This document shows positions 12,080-26,337 of a DNA stretch of 64,000 bases, one piece after another. Location of the stretch: positions 18,588,754-18,652,753 of the forward strand of contig OZ316896.1 of the NCBI GenBank assembly GCA_973895155.1, read 5' to 3'. Origin of the DNA: Marsupella aquatica (taxonomy: Eukaryota; Plantae; Marchantiophyta). Each line of letters starts with the position of its first letter. The first letter of the stretch is position 1. The notes under the pieces are model-generated. The model worked only from the letters and a program-made list of their open reading frames with translations. It ran no database searches and was not told the DNA's origin. A program made the translations under genes and the position numbers.

Positions 12080-14159
12080 TTTTCTTGAGAATTGATCATT
12101 CATTGTTTACCACCCTCCCAATTAAAGCTCACTTATTCTTTGACACACTTGCTCCCCGAGAAAATGTTTTGGCTCGGTGACTTTTAACAAAAGGGGGCAC
12201 AAGGTCTTAAAAGGAGGTTTCTCAATCCTCAGGTTGTATCTTGGTCTTCTGAGCAAGCTGATTATCAGCCAGATAAAGTCTCTCTTGGTAAGATGTAATT
12301 TATCTTGGCTCCTCTGAAGTCGAAATCAAAAGCTAAGCAGAAGGAACCTTGTCGCAATTTTGTCTCAATTACATGCTGTACGTGAACCTAATTTTGTCAA
12401 GACATTTATTCTCTGTATGCAGAAAGAGCTAATTAACAAATGCTACAATATGCTCTGGACACATAGATCCAGGAGGCAGGTAATTTTGATGTGCACGTCA
12501 TCATCAGAGGGGAGTCAATGATTCGGTGTGAACAGAACAAAATGCTTTGGGGTGGGTATCAATCTCTGCTGGAGGGTCTATGCATAATACCTCTCGTTTG
12601 CATGAGGCTAAGGAGACCAAAAGGACTAAAACCTCTTTTATTGTTGCATTTGCCCAAAGAATGGAAATAGCCCATCATTTGAGAGAACGAGGCTAAACAA
12701 TTTTGATCAAGATAACAATTGCGAAAGAGCACAGGTGTTGGAACTAGATCCCTGACCTGTGGACAAACGACTTGATGCAAGGTCATGTAGTCATTGAGAC
12801 CTTGGAAATAGGAATGCCTATTATCAATCTGAAAACATTGAAGAACCAAAGTGGCAACTTGCTAAATGGTTGTAAAATGTGGGAATATAATAGGCTTATT
12901 GCCATCTTGCATGTCGTCTTCAACACTAGCCCATATTTGAGGAATACAAATTGATAGTGAGAACAGACCGTGATCACAGTATTATAAGTCATGCTCACTT
13001 TTTATGGTCAATCTTTGGAGGAATCCACATGCAAGAGTAGCATATTGAAATTTGGGTTGTAGGAGTGCTTAGTTCAAGCAAAGCCATTTAAAACTTGATC
13101 CTAATAGACTCATCCATAAACTCATGACTTTGCATGTACTGGTGCTTGTTTTTAAAAAGCTTGAAAAAGTTTTTACATTGATTTGGTTGCCAAAAACGTT
13201 TCCATGCAAATCTTTCATTCCATGCTGCTTTTGTCATGTTGTGCTACTTTTTGTCAAAAAACTGTTTTTAACGATACGATCAACTTGTTGTCCAAAGATG
13301 CACCAAAGAGGCACCATCTGAAGCACAGCTACACTGACTAGAGAAGAACGGAAAGCTAAGAATGACAATTAACTCTTTACAAACTCCAAATGGACACTAG
13401 GTGGAATGGTGCCTTGTTATTTAGTTGTGGGTTTAGTTGAGAAATTTTGGAGGAAGGCTAGAATGCAGTCATTGTTTGAACTAGTGCTGTCATTGGTGGT
13501 GTGGAAGCCTTGGGCTACCTTTGGTGGGCAAAGAAGAGTGGGCTTGTGTGGGAATTCCAAAAAACTAAGCCAACGCAGCCACAAGTGGCTTTACTATATC
13601 TTGTGAGGTGCACCATTGAGGACTTACGGTGATCCTAGCATTTCTTAGAGGCAAGACCCTTAGCCGTGATGAATAGAGAGCAGGGAAGCAAAGGTGCATT
13701 ACATGGAGTCATCCCAAAGGAGCATTGGGCACCAATCCTATGTCAAGACTGACAAGTCTGAAAGGTTCTATTTGTCGACCAATTTACCAATGACTATTGA
13801 GTTTGAGACAAGACAGCAACCAAGTTGTCCCTTACTACCTTGAATGGAGTATTTAACTCAGGACTTAACTTAGGAATTTTTATGTGTGCAAGTTATTGTC
13901 AGTCGGACTAGATTCTATGAAAGCTAGAGAAAGTTTTGGATCCAGTTATTGCAAGCATCTTGATATAAACATTGTCTATTCGGCAAGTGTAGCTCATGAG
14001 ATAATGTTAGGCATTTATCTTAGGTCTAGCGGGAGGTCTAGAGTTGCAACTATAACCGTGGTTGGGGCTAAACTTAATCAAAGACAAGGTTGCAAAGTTG
14101 GTTAGGTTAATCATGTTAATTGCAGACTATATCCCCAAGCAGTGTTTGCTTGGATAAGA

Positions 14160-14381
14160 GTAACTTAGGCTCATTGTTGCAAAATCAGACAGTTTAGAAA
14201 TAGGGAGAAGTTGTATTTCAAAGACTCGGTATGACGGGCCTAGAATGCAATAAAGTTCTTGTGTGTTACTGTGGACATTGCCTTAGCTAACATGAATCAC
14301 ATATCTCTCTGAGTCAACTACTAGTTTGTTGGATGGTTATGGGCATACCGTTGCGATCGTCCCAGGCAAGGTGTGACAACA
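14160..14381 (+). mobile_element. Diverged LTR 3' part, same family as the solo LTR at 15157
   Basis: TTAGGCTCATTGTT...TAAAGTTCTTGTGTGTT...GTGGAC...TATCTCTCTG...TTGGATGGTT aligns with 15289-15480. No matching TSD found. Confidence 0.6.
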
Positions 14382-14559
14382 GTCTATGACTATCAAGTGA
14401 CCAATATTGGCTAGGTACCACAAAGCATCAGTAGGAGCACAATCAAGACTATGACCCCATTACCAGCATTGGCAAGAGCACTAGTGGAGGTGTTCTCAAC
14501 AAAAGCAAACTTGAAGGGCATTCCTTGTTCTAGAGATTGAAAGACTCTCCAAACAGATG

Positions 14560-14800
14560 GCTACTATGCCCATAATACTCAGGAATAGGACCTTTTTACT
14601 AATTTTAGTAAAACCAAGGAGAATGTTTTGAGGTGTTTGCTTGATGGACCCCTAAAATGAAATGTATTTCTTGATAGGACTATTGGGGTATGTTGGTTCA
14701 AGGTCTATCAACGGTCTACATCACTCAGGGTTCCCATCAAGTAACACTTGTCATTTTGGGGGTCCATCTTGGATACTTGGCAGCAGCAGTATAATAATGA
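14560..14800 (+). mobile_element. Possible decayed LINE ORF1 fragment
   Basis: Stop-interrupted translation ...VLRCLLDGPLK...VCWFKVY...LRVPIK*HLSFWGSILDTW resembles the GPW...W...PVW pattern of plant LINE ORF1. Weak. Confidence 0.3.
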
Positions 14801-15156
14801 CCTCTATATGCCTCAAGATTCTTCCTAACTAAGTGATCCAAATCTTGACTGGGCATTCTTCTTCCATAATGCCCTGAAAAATACAAAGGGAAATATCACT
14901 AAGGGCTGAGAGTAGCTTTACAAGAACTTCACGGCAGCAGTTCCTTTTTTCTATGTGTGAGATGTAGTTCTAGCCATCCATACGTGAGAATAGGCCACAT
15001 TGCACTTTCCATGAGCTTGGGGGCACAATCAAGCAAATCCATTACCCAACCTAGTCATGTGTCAATGGGTCCCTTTTTTGCTTGTGTCAATGCTTTTTGT
15101 CAAAAACTTATACCTCCTCTTGACGTGGTCTAAAAACTGGAGCAGATGGTAGGGGT

Positions 15157-15500
15157 TGTTAGATATTGCTCTAGTCTTGTGATTCATGAGCTAACCACAG
15201 TTAGTCTAACTCGGGTTAGGACTTAGCTAATGTTAGCGGTAGTGCTGTCGTGCATATAGCCAGGGCTGATGCCAGACCCTGGTGGAACTTAGGCTCATTG
15301 TTACGGAGCTAGTTGAGAGATAGGGAGAGCTTGTGCTGTGAATGCTTGGTATGGCCGGTCGGCCTAGAGTGCAGTAAAGCTCTTGTGTGTTCCCGTGGAC
15401 GTAGCCTCATGTGGAGGTGAACCACGTATCTCTCTGTGTCGACTATTGTGCGTTGGATGGTTCATGGGCTTGCGATTGCGAATGTCGTCTATGCTCAACA
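15157..15500 (+). mobile_element. Solo LTR (344 bp, Copia-type) with 5-bp TSD GGGGT
   Basis: Starts TGTTA, ends CAACA. GGGGT at both 15152-15156 and 15501-15505. Contains the CCCGTGGACGTAG...GAACCACGT U5 motif typical of plant Copia LTRs. Confidence 0.88.
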
Positions 15501-16699
15501 GGGGTCTTCTTTAACCACATATCAAAATATGACATATATAGTGTACAAGATCCCTCCAGACCATGATAAACCTTATTATTTTATTTAAATCAATTAGTGC
15601 ACACAGTATATTAACACATTTTGATATGTGATTATCGGGGTTCATTTCAAGAATTTTAATTTATTACTTCCAAACCTGATACATTTTAATTTTTGTGTGT
15701 GGAAGTGGTCATCAGCTTTGCTAGGGCAATTTAACTTTTGTGTGTGTAAGTGACCATTAGCTTTGCTTGGGATGGAGAGAGACACTGAATGGCCCCAACC
15801 GTCTTCTGAAACCCCCCTAAGATGATGAAGAAGTTCGAATAAAAACGACGAAATCCAAAGGAAGCTCCCCTAGGAACAAGTGTGGCGTGAAAATTTTAAC
15901 CTCGAAACATACGGAATATGGAAGGGAAAGAACGAGAGAAAAGGAAAGCTGTCCCAACTTTGCGGACACATTTTGGGGGGGAAATGGAAATGCTTCCGCA
16001 GCCTTAGAATAATGAGGGGACGACACGAATCCGGGAATACAAATGATGCTCTGCTGACAGAACATGACATCTAATCAAGAAAGAACAGAATGATGACATC
16101 AGAAGTGCAGCAAATGATGGAATGAGGAGAATCCCCAAAGCGGGAACGGAGATATTGTCATGGAACGAGGCTCTCTCTAACTTCCGTCATGCTGATGCGG
16201 GAGGGAGGAGGGAACGAGGCGAGAAGAATCAAGCTCTTGCTACAGTCTCTGCTTCTTTTGAGAATGTGAGATTTGTACATTAAACGGAGCCGTCTGGACT
16301 CTGGACTCTGGACTCTGGACCCAGCCACCACAGCTGCCACTTCGGCACGAGATGGAGGAGAAATGGGGCCCACAATTGTCAGGGTGAACAATTGTGAACG
16401 CACAGATCTCGGCGTGGGCTCCCATCTCACTATCTCATCAGTCTCGGATCCCGTCTCCCAACATGAGCTTCGAAAAACGAAAACCAGAAGGCCTCAGACA
16501 CAGGAGTTAAGTCGTCCTGACTCCTGACGGCCTTCACGGAGCCCTGGTGGTTCACATGATTGAACTGGAACACCTGATTGTGAGGAACAGCAGTCTGCGC
16601 AATTCAGTCGGTGCAGTGACAAACACGCAGCGTGGAAGGAGGTGCCAACAAACGCGAATGAATGCCCCCCCACCCCAGCTCTGGAGGAGGAGCGTCATT

Positions 16700-17040
16700 A
16701 ATTTTTAGAACATAACACAGAAGAAACATGCATACAGGAGACTCTTGTGGGCGCAATTCCATGTTTGTGGTGCTGGCCCCACAGCTGTACTTCGTAACCT
16801 GTCACTGAGAAGCTCACCTCAAGTTTTCTGTGGGTCCGGCGGATCACGTCCGTGGGGATGGCGAGAACGAACATGCTTATTATTTTAGAACTTCACACCC
16901 AAGAAAATGCGTACAGGAAACTTTTGTGGGAATTCATCTTTGCGGTGCTGGCCCACCGCTGTACTTCATAACCTGTCACTGAAGTTCACCCCAAGATTTC
17001 TGTGGGTGTGGCGCATCATGTCCGTGGGATGGCGAGGGAT
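16700..17040. repeat. Two-copy tandem duplication (~180 bp unit); nearby (CTGGACT)n at 16294-16320
   Basis: TTTTAGAAC...GGTGCTGGCCC...CTGTACTTC..AACCTGTCACTGA...GTCCGTGGG.ATGGCGAG at ~16703 and ~16883. Confidence 0.8.
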
Positions 17041-18219
17041 AGCTCCAGTACGGATTACAGCGTCTTGCAATGGATAGCGATTCGATAGCATTGCAGGGAC
17101 AACAGTGAACTCCCTCCTTTGGGCAGCAGAAACAGTAAGGGGTGGGCATGGCCATGGCCAAGGACAGCAACGACCGCTCTCTTTAGGAATGATTACACTT
17201 TCGAGCATAGAACGGTGCAAGTAAAAGGGGACGGAACTAGTCAAAAGATCGTGATGGTTCACTGGCGAATCCCTTATACGAAGAGGGGTACTGGAGCACG
17301 CACCGTGGGCGGTGGAATTTCCTGACAAAGGTGTTGCGCCGCATCCACCATGACACACGTACTCCCTTCGACAAATGGCTATTCGTACATCCACTACGAC
17401 AGGTAGATCCTCCTTAGCCAAAGCGGTACAGGTGCTTGCTTACTCTCTGGCAAAGCAATAGCACTATCGAATCCAGAAGCACAAAGCATCATAGTGGAAA
17501 AGGGTATGGGTAGGGAATCCATGACAGAAACGGGACAATAAGACTCGTGCATCATGGGGAAGTTACAGGTAAGATAAGTATACAAAACAATGGACTATAG
17601 ACAATAAGTATACAAAAAAGATGTTGAAAACATTTTAAGGTGGCTACACTGCACGAGAACAGGTTCTACGACAGAAGGTACACTACGAAAACTTCTTCTG
17701 CAGCACGACTACTGAAAAGCTTTCGAAGCCAAAAAGCACAATGCACATTCGGTCACCACAACGCAAAATTTTATAAATTTTAGATCCATAGATGTTCTTA
17801 GCTGAAGCTTAAGAGCACAGGTCTTGTACTCGACGTGAGGTGAGAGCACAGTATACTGCGCCTACGTGAGGTACACACTTCTCAAGAAATTAATCCACTA
17901 CTTCACTTCCATCATCGACTCCATTCATCCGTTTGGTACCATCCCATTCCTAATGCAATTCTGCCTTGGGTCAGAAGGCTCGCCACACTCGACCCTATGT
18001 ACAAAGACCTCTCTGTAAGATTCCTTGGGCACTATTAACTACACCCAATATTCTGTGAGATGCAGCTCCTCAAGAAGCAATTGATATTCCCTGCGACAGA
18101 TGGGTGACGCTCAGATTCTTCGTGGTTCCACATCTGTTTTCTCTAAACCGCACCGGCCATGACCTAGCGAGAGCCATTCTGACAGTTCGCTATAGACGAA
18201 GTTTGGGGACGATTAAGAA

Positions 18220-20156
18220 TCACCACAGCTCCACTTCCCTGTCAAATATCCAGCTCAGCTGTCCAGTTTTGGGAGATTTCTTTGCCTTGGAAGACGCCCG
18301 TTCTTCCAACCTTCTAATCCGTTGTCCCAGGTTGCAGACGAAATCCTGAGCTTTCCTTCCTTCTCCGGACAGCCCTGTGACCTTTTCCACATTCCATCTT
18401 TGCACGAGGTGCTCAATGATATCGGCGTAATCTTTGGCTGTGTAAGTACCCGTTCTCTGGGCGACCATCGAGAATTTGCTGAAAATATCCTGATCTTTTC
18501 CGTCGAACATCAAGTGTGCAGGCATCGTAATCCTCTTCCTCATCATGTCCCCGAAGGCTTGCATGGCACCGTCAGGGTCGACCTCAAAGAGCTTCTCTAC
18601 TATTTTGCAGTATGCAGTCTCGTGTCGTCGCTCATCAGCAGCAATTAGTCCACAAATGGTAGCCAGCTTGTCATCACCATAGCCCTTTGCGTGGCGTGCA
18701 GTGTTGCCGTGAGATATGAATGTGGCTCTCTCCTGGAACGAAGTGTACACAAACCCTAGGTAGGGATTATTCTCAGTTTGCGGGTCCTGTTCACAGAACA
18801 AACGATCAAAACCCGTAAGAAAGCTGGGCTTCAATCAAGGAAGAAACGATGGCAACGCGTCATCCCGGACACGTTGCGCTGACGGAGGCCTACTCAACTA
18901 AACCAGAAGATAACGGAATACATCGTTACAGTCATACTTCATGGAAGGCACCCACCCAAGCAAACATTTTCAACACAGAACATGACGAACTTGAAAGTCG
19001 ATTCTCCAACATCGATGTTCAACGAGGAGTTGCTTACCATTCCTGAACCGATCAAGTATTGAATAGTCTTCTCTACAACCCTCATGTTCACCCGGCCGGT
19101 CAGATATAAATATTTGTTGAGCAAATCGCCATGCCTGTTCTCCTCGGCTGTCCATGCACGAGTCCACACTCCCCAGGGTGTGAGACTAGCACCCGTCTCA
19201 TCCTTCGTCCCATCCAACGTATTGAGCATGGTCTGGTACGTCGGAAGAGCTTCCTCGGTGATCATATCGCCAACGAGGACAACTAAATAATCATCAGGCA
19301 ATTCTGCAGATCGTGCCCGCAACTCCTTAAGCTCATCATAAAACCCCTCGGAGGAGGACTCGGGTAGATGGTCCGCTGGCTGCCAGCACTTTTCCACAGG
19401 TTTCAAGTATGGCAACAAGGTCTGCTCCGCCCAGTTGTCGAGAGATTTCACTACCTCTAATCTCTCTTCGGTAATTGAATGAGTAACCTGTGCATGGAGC
19501 TCCCGGGGAATATAAATCCCGACATCTCTGCAATAGATGACATGCAATTATAATTCAAGAACGCCATTAAAAAAGCTAGGAGAAAGTTCGCGCCAGACAT
19601 GCCTGCAAAGCACGAGTAGACTCACCACATGCAATCACCCACCTAACACCAGTTTTATAATATCTTCATCTTTTGTGAGTCCTTATGTAGAAGTACGTTC
19701 GACCATGCAGTTCAGGAGAGATGGACACGATACAACAGATGTTAAAATAGGGAATCGCTGAAATTCTTTCCGAAGTTGCTGCTACGTTATTGAACTCCTC
19801 TTCGGTTGGAGTGCCAGTAATACACATACCATTAGGCCATATGATGCAAACACCAGGGCTAACTGATTCACCTGAAAAGGAAGTCTAAACAGGTAAAGAC
19901 TAGGGGAAGGGTAGAGTCCAGAAGTAGGACCAATCGAGACTTACTTCACTTTAGGGGATACAGTAGCAGTCATTACAACATTTCCCCGGCCCAGTCTGCG
20001 TAATTGAAGAGTTCTGTCGACTGCGGGCCTGAGATTCAAGCTCGCCACACGAAACGATGATGTTGGAACTCCCGAGCTCGCCGAACAGGATGCATGAGCA
20101 GCAGTGCAGGGACCGTTTGTTAGCAAGACCACTCCGGGAACAGCCAGTGCCGCCAT
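18220..20156 (-). CDS. SAD: Plastid stearoyl-ACP delta-9 desaturase; exons 20156-19945, 19527-19038, 18786-18220
   Basis: Transit peptide, then [31 protein letters not shown], the diiron motifs [12 protein letters not shown] and DERRHETAY, and [27 protein letters not shown]. Three in-phase exons. Confidence 0.97.
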
Positions 20157-20759
20157 TGTGCGCTCCTGTTTTCCTTCCTATACCCTGACGATCACAAAAA
20201 GCATTAAACCCCGGACGACCAGTCAAACAAAGAGACGGAGATTTGACAAGAAGGAGCTTCAGAATCTCTTCCAATAAAATGCAGAGTCTCACAAACACCC
20301 CAAGTAAGACTACAACAACCATACGAAGCAATCGTTTGCAACTAAAACCCACTAACGTTTTCGGCACACAATCCTGATCGGCAAAGAGAGGGATATGTCA
20401 CGGAATGTGGGACTACGAGCCATTCGACAAACCGAGCGATCCATCCATACCGACCGATAGCAGCCCTCCTCCCAAACAAGCCAAGAGAATCCAATAAAAA
20501 GCAGAGGAGCACATCTCACTCAACCGCAAAATAGTGCTCGATGCACCAGCGAAAGGGAAGGGACAAGGTTGCAACGCCCCTCTAGCCACGCACACGCAGC
20601 CACAACCAGTACCCCTCGCAGACACACGAAGGCACACGAAGCGCACCGTACCCCTCTTCCGTTCTTCCCGCCCCGCCTCTCTCCACGTTCACAGCTCACG
20701 GCTCACGACAGCAAGAAACAGTCATATCCCCGCTGTTTGCCTAATCTTCTTCTCACCCT

Positions 20760-21300
20760 GTGAGCTTCCTCATTCATTCATGTCAGTTCATTCGTTCCTT
20801 CATCTCGTTTCTTTCTGCTAATAACCAATCAACCATCGTAGTAGCAGAGTCACTCGATTGATTCAGCAAACGTCACAAGGCCCAATCAATCTTCGTCTCA
20901 TCGTGTGATCTTCCTCATTCATTCATGTCAGTTCATTCATTCATCTCGTTTCTTTCTCCTAATAACCAACTAATCACCACCATCATCGTCATCATCGTCG
21001 TCGCCATCAGCAATAGCAGCAAAGCACTGTAACTTTTGATTGATTCAGCAAGTGCGCGGGAGCCACCATCACGATCTTCTACTTACCAGGCCTACTCAAT
21101 CTTCTTCACATCGTCTGATCTTCTTCACATTCATATCACTTCATTCATTCATCACTTCATTCATTCATCTCGTTTCTTTCTGCTAATAACCCCATCTAAT
21201 CATCACCATCGTCGTCATCATCGTCATCGTCATCAGCAGTAGCAGCAAAGCACAAATAACTTGATTGATTCAGCACGCTAGCGGATCTTCTACTTACCAG
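20760..21300. repeat. Three tandem diverged copies of a TCATTCATTCA...CTAATAACC...(CAT/CGT)n...TTGATTGATTCAGCA module in the probable SAD 5'UTR intron
   Basis: Units at ~20765, ~20910 and ~21140. Two end in GATCTTCTACTTACCAG (minus-strand CTG|GTAAGT donor). Confidence 0.75.
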
Positions 21301-24300
21301 AAATTCAAGGGATGATCCCGCCTCCACTCTTCCAGACTCCGCCTCCACTCCACTCTACTCCGCCTCCACCTCCTCTGCCTCCGCTCCTCTGCGCACCTCT
21401 GTCCGCCTCCCTCCTCCCTGAAGAGCCTTTCTTTCCTCCCTCAGCAGCGCTCTGGGTAAAGAGCTTCGTGGTCGGCCCGGCTGTCTTGTTCCTTCTCTCC
21501 TAATCACCTCAGAGGCACACTGATGAGGGCTCTGGAACCTCCGTCCCTGACTGCTTGTCCTGTCTCTCTGCATGGCGTTGCGTGGCTGCCGGCCCTCTGT
21601 CCGAAACTGAGCGGGCTTTACAAGAACCACACTTTCTTTTTAATTTTCTGGGCGAGCTCGTTAGTTCACAATTTTTAATTTCCTGGACGAGATCGCTAGT
21701 TGGCATTTTTTTATTTTTCTGGACCTGTATGTGCGAAGTGGGTGTGCTTTAATTAAAGAACGACACTTTTATTTATTTATAGACTACCGTAGCTCAACAC
21801 TCGTGCTTTGAACAAAGGTGTCTTTACTCTGGGAAAAAACGATGTCATTGATCTAAAAGATATTCTGGAAACGATGTTGTTTGCCCGAAAGACATCCAGG
21901 TTAAAGAAGGTCTTTGTGCAAAAAAATATGTTTTATAAAAGATATCATCATTTTGTAACAGGGGTCATTGTGTAAAAGATGACATTGTCTCCCATGTTGA
22001 TGCACGCAACAAAGTCACGTTGAGCTCTTGCCTTAATGCAAACCATGCCTCTTTATAGGAATACTAATCTATACTGAGATATATTTATGACATTTCAACC
22101 ACCTCGTTGGTTTCACCTTCCCCTCCTAAGCATGACAGGGGAGGATCATTATCGATCCTCGTGCATGCATTTGATACGCATATGTACCCTTCCCATTTCT
22201 TGTTTTTTTTTTCGCCCTCCATTTCGTTCACTCTTTCTCTGGACTGAAAATTCGATTCTCTTTCTTTGACACACAAAACACCAGAATCTGTAAGATGAAA
22301 AACTTGCTAATAGTCAGAAACAAGGGGAAACAAGCAGCCTTGCAATGGGCAAGGATTTGCACTTACACAGTGTACGCTTGAATTGCACAGTGTACTACTT
22401 AACTCGTTACCCTCCCTTCCCAGGATCATTTGTGGTGGCAAAATCTGCCAAATCCCACCTCATTGAAAAGTCAAGCTTCGCCACTTTTGGCAGAATGTTG
22501 CCAGGCTTTTTGTCTTCCATTCCCCTATCCCAATTATCCAGATTTTGACAATTATCCCTGAAATCTAGAAAGATCCTCACGGTCAGATATCGAATAAAAG
22601 TACATAAATAAATAATATTTACTAATACCTACTCTTGACACAAGAACATTCGCAGCGTTACTAGCCACAAACGAAAAGAAAACCTTACCCTGTCCCTTGC
22701 TCCTCCCTCCCTGACTTCTTGGCAGAAGATTGGCTGCTGCCACGACTGATGACTGACTGTCCTCTCTTTCCTCCGCGTCTCTATCCACACCGCCACAGTA
22801 CTGGACCGCCAGTTTGGCACGCCTGTCATTTTCTACAGTTTAGCAGTACCGTAGAGTCTAGTTTGAACTCGCTGGAGCAGTTTTTACCCCGCCAAATTTG
22901 TCAGCCCTTGTCCTAAGTACTGTGTTACTTCTTTCCGTTCCTTCCCGCGACACAGACTAGTCCCGGCCGTGGGCCGAAGTATATTTTCCCGGCGACGGGA
23001 GACGACCGTCCTGCCCCTGGTTTTGGATCACAGGACTGTTTTTATTCCCCCGCTAAGATAGTTGGGAATGTAGAGGGGGGGGGGGGGGGAATCGTGAGTG
23101 CCTTTGGTCCGTATTGGCTTGTCGTAATTTTTGGTGCAATGCTTTCTCCGCTGTTAAAGCTTTTCTTATTGTACCGTCACCTTTATTTTAAAGCTGATTT
23201 TATAGGCAAAATACTGTAGATTGTATGTTTTTTCCTCATAACACCAGATTTTTCATTTGCATAAATCCCATCTCTTCACACAAGGGTCTGGACAATATCT
23301 GTGTGTATTGGCAGGGTTGGGTACTGAGGGGAGAACTAGTTATATCCTTTCTCCTCAGCCCCTGTTTTGTTCTTTCAGACCCTAGATTAACTCCCTCCCC
23401 GTCCTGGTAGGGTCCCTTTGTGGATCCTTAGGTATCTTGGGACCTTGGCTACCCTACCATGTTGCATGATCTAGAGATGATGGTTTACTGATTGGGGAAT
23501 CATCTTTGGGTTTCAAGGCTAAAAATAAAGATCTGCATGGCACTTGACCTAACTCATGCACCCACCAACCCTCTGGTGAGAGAGGGGGCCTAAACCTGCT
23601 AGTCCCAGATTAACTTCTTGTCAGTGTAGGCTTCTCCCCTTTGGACCTTCTTTAGTTCCTTGGGTTTTGTGGTTGGCAAAAGCCATCTCAGTTTCCATAA
23701 CCTGGCATTGTCCAAAGTACTTTTTCTCAGGACAATGGTTGAGTAGGAGGATCCTAAGTTGCTTTAAGTTGGACACAATTGTTTTCTGAAGTAATATAGC
23801 TTGTCACAAAGCAGCCCTCCACTAAAAGTATTGCGGATCAAGTCTTCCTTGTGATCGACAGAATGCCACAGACAAAAAGTAACAACTAATTGGAGGAATC
23901 AGATTGTGATCGTTTTTGTAATCGTCGTCTCCTGTGTAACCCCAAACTTACCCCAAACGTAGTCTGTAGTCTTTGGTGGTGGCGACTAGATCTTCACCAC
24001 AATCACCAGATGTGACATGTAATTGGCTGAACGTTGTGATGGGGGCCCAAAAATGTCCCCAAAATGTACTTGTCAGGAAAATAATCTAGTCCCAATACTT
24101 TAGTCCCAATATTGTGGTCTGTCATACTTGGTCTTGTTATAACTAGGTTCCACTTGTTGTCATGATGACATAGACTGAGGAGATTAAGGTACTTTCCCCC
24201 AAATTCCACTTGTATTTTCTCAGTTTATTAATGTATTTTCATGTACTACAGCATGGGACAAAGGAGATGAGGGGGAACATTTAATTTTTCAGTTTCTTTC

Positions 24301-26337
24301 TAGAGAATGCTTATTGAATCCCTTATGTTTCCTTGGGAACTCTTATGGACGGCATCTTTTAACGAGATTATTTTTTATTCTCTGAAAATAGTAATTATGT
24401 TCTTTTTTTAAGTTTTGGAAGTAGTCATAGTGACAATTTACGTGGTGGCTTCTGTGGAAACATTAAGGGAAACACTAAAGGTACTTAAAGGGGATGGATG
24501 AAAAAGGGAAGGGGTCATTCAAGGAGCCTCAATCTTGACTTAGGATTAAAATCTTTAAAACTATCATGATTTCATATGCAAATGTGTAAACTTCTTAATA
24601 CATCTCTTGTGTAATAGCAAATTGGATTTACGTTTCTATGAGATTATTCTTAGAAATTTTGTTGCAAATATCTATGACAGAGATTATCCTAATTCATCTA
24701 AGATAGCATACCAAATCTCATTCTTTATCTGTGGGAAAAAATAAGAACTATAAGGTAAAGATCATTCATTTAGTTTGTTTGGAAAAACCATAACAAATAC
24801 AAGATAAATACTATTTATTGATGTCATATGTGCATGACACTTGCAATAACCTAAGTTAGAATTGAAATATATTGAGAATTTGGTGGAAGATTTAACAAGA
24901 AGATTGGTTAACCTTCTAACATATCTATCTAATGCTCTAACCTCTACCTTGACTGTGCGGAGCTAAAGTACATGGGTGTGATCAATGTTATATCATGAAG
25001 CATCTCTCCATATCTCATCCACAATCCCGTCCACAATAAATCGCACTTCTTTGCCCAATACATATGGGAGTACATAAGATTTTGATGTTGCTACATGAAG
25101 GTGCACAATTCTTGACAACAATTATTTTGTCCTATATTTGCCTTTGCAAATAATGAGCTCATTAGCAGGGACCCAAAGCCCGTTACTAAGGTTCATGAAA
25201 GAGTACCAAAGAATTTCATCATTCTCTACATCATCTGAGTAGTGCCTCAAGTTGTCAAAACTACCAGCTCAGAACCTTGAGGTTTAGGGTTCAATTTTAA
25301 CTTCTAAGTTGAGGAAAATTCATTGGATTCCTTGTTAGATTCCACCTCACTGAAAAGTCTCGGCCATGTTTGGCATACAATTCACTAGGTTTTTGTCTTC
25401 CATTAGTCACTTTTCCCACCTAGCCTCAAACTCCACCATCCAGAATCTGACAACTATCCTTAATTTCTAGGGGTCAGAAATTAATCTAAGAAAATTAGAT
25501 AAGGAATGTTCTTAGCATCTTTTCCCACCAAGTGATATTCATCACCCTGGTGAAAAAGAAAAATCCATGAAAATTAAGCACATGGGAATCCAAGACTGCA
25601 ACAAACTGGCCACCCCAGCCGTCAGTCTCCCAATGTCTGATTGTGGTCAGCAAATTCAATTTGATCAAAGAGTGTGTTAGCGATTAACTCCATCAGTTTG
25701 TATTGTACACTAGTGTCCAGGGCTCTGGCTAGTGCACACTAGCGGGAAGAAGCCAATGATGTCTACTTTAACTTGTTTTTTGGCCGTGTGATATATACTT
25801 AACTAGGGTTTGAGATACACAACAAGTGCAAAACTTGGAATTTGCATTTGTCGATAACCTACTCACAATCTACACTGCCTTGACTTGCAGCTTCCCCGTT
25901 TGTCAGTCAAGATTCTTATGACTTCCTTCCCAAGTTGTACATCCATGCCCTAAAAATGAACCCCCACCTCATGAGTGCAAAAACTTTTCTACCTAAAAAT
26001 AACTTGCACTTGTCAATAAGTATATGTCAACAGAAAATATACGTGTCATTTAGTGCAGACCTCTTGCATCTGCAAAAAGTGCAAAAACGTGGTTGGGACA
26101 AATAGGGAAGAACTGCATGCCGTGCAATTACCCAAGGTTAGCATTAACAGAGTGTGCACTTAGAGAGAGCTCACTATAGACAGGCTTTTAGAGATTCCTG
26201 AGTACCTCTGGTAGTTTATTAGTGGTTTAGTTATTAGTGACCCTTGTCGCAGTCTCTCCTTTTCGTACCCCATTGGACGATTGTAAATTGTAGGCTTCCA
26301 TCGAAATTCACGACATAGAATGTGCCAATATCTTTAG

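Noticed and set aside
12660-13000. IVRTD..H resembling Gypsy RNase H
   Set aside because: Single short motif amid many stops; not enough to call.
16040-16125. TGACAGAA (miR156/529-like start) and ATGATGA/CTGA (C/D-box-like) words
   Set aside because: No full miRNA match or fold-back, and no terminal stem or recognisable rRNA guide.
23074-23089. Long G homopolymer (also 46457-46474, and C run 35335-35349) as G-quadruplex elements
   Set aside because: Simple homopolymers inside repeat DNA with unreliable length; no functional evidence.
22794-23970. Possible TIR pairs (CACAGTACT..AGTACTGTG at 22794-22923; CAGACTA..GGAGACGAC versus GTCGTCTCC..TAGTCTG at 22950-23970)
   Set aside because: Matches are short and imperfect and no TSD could be identified.
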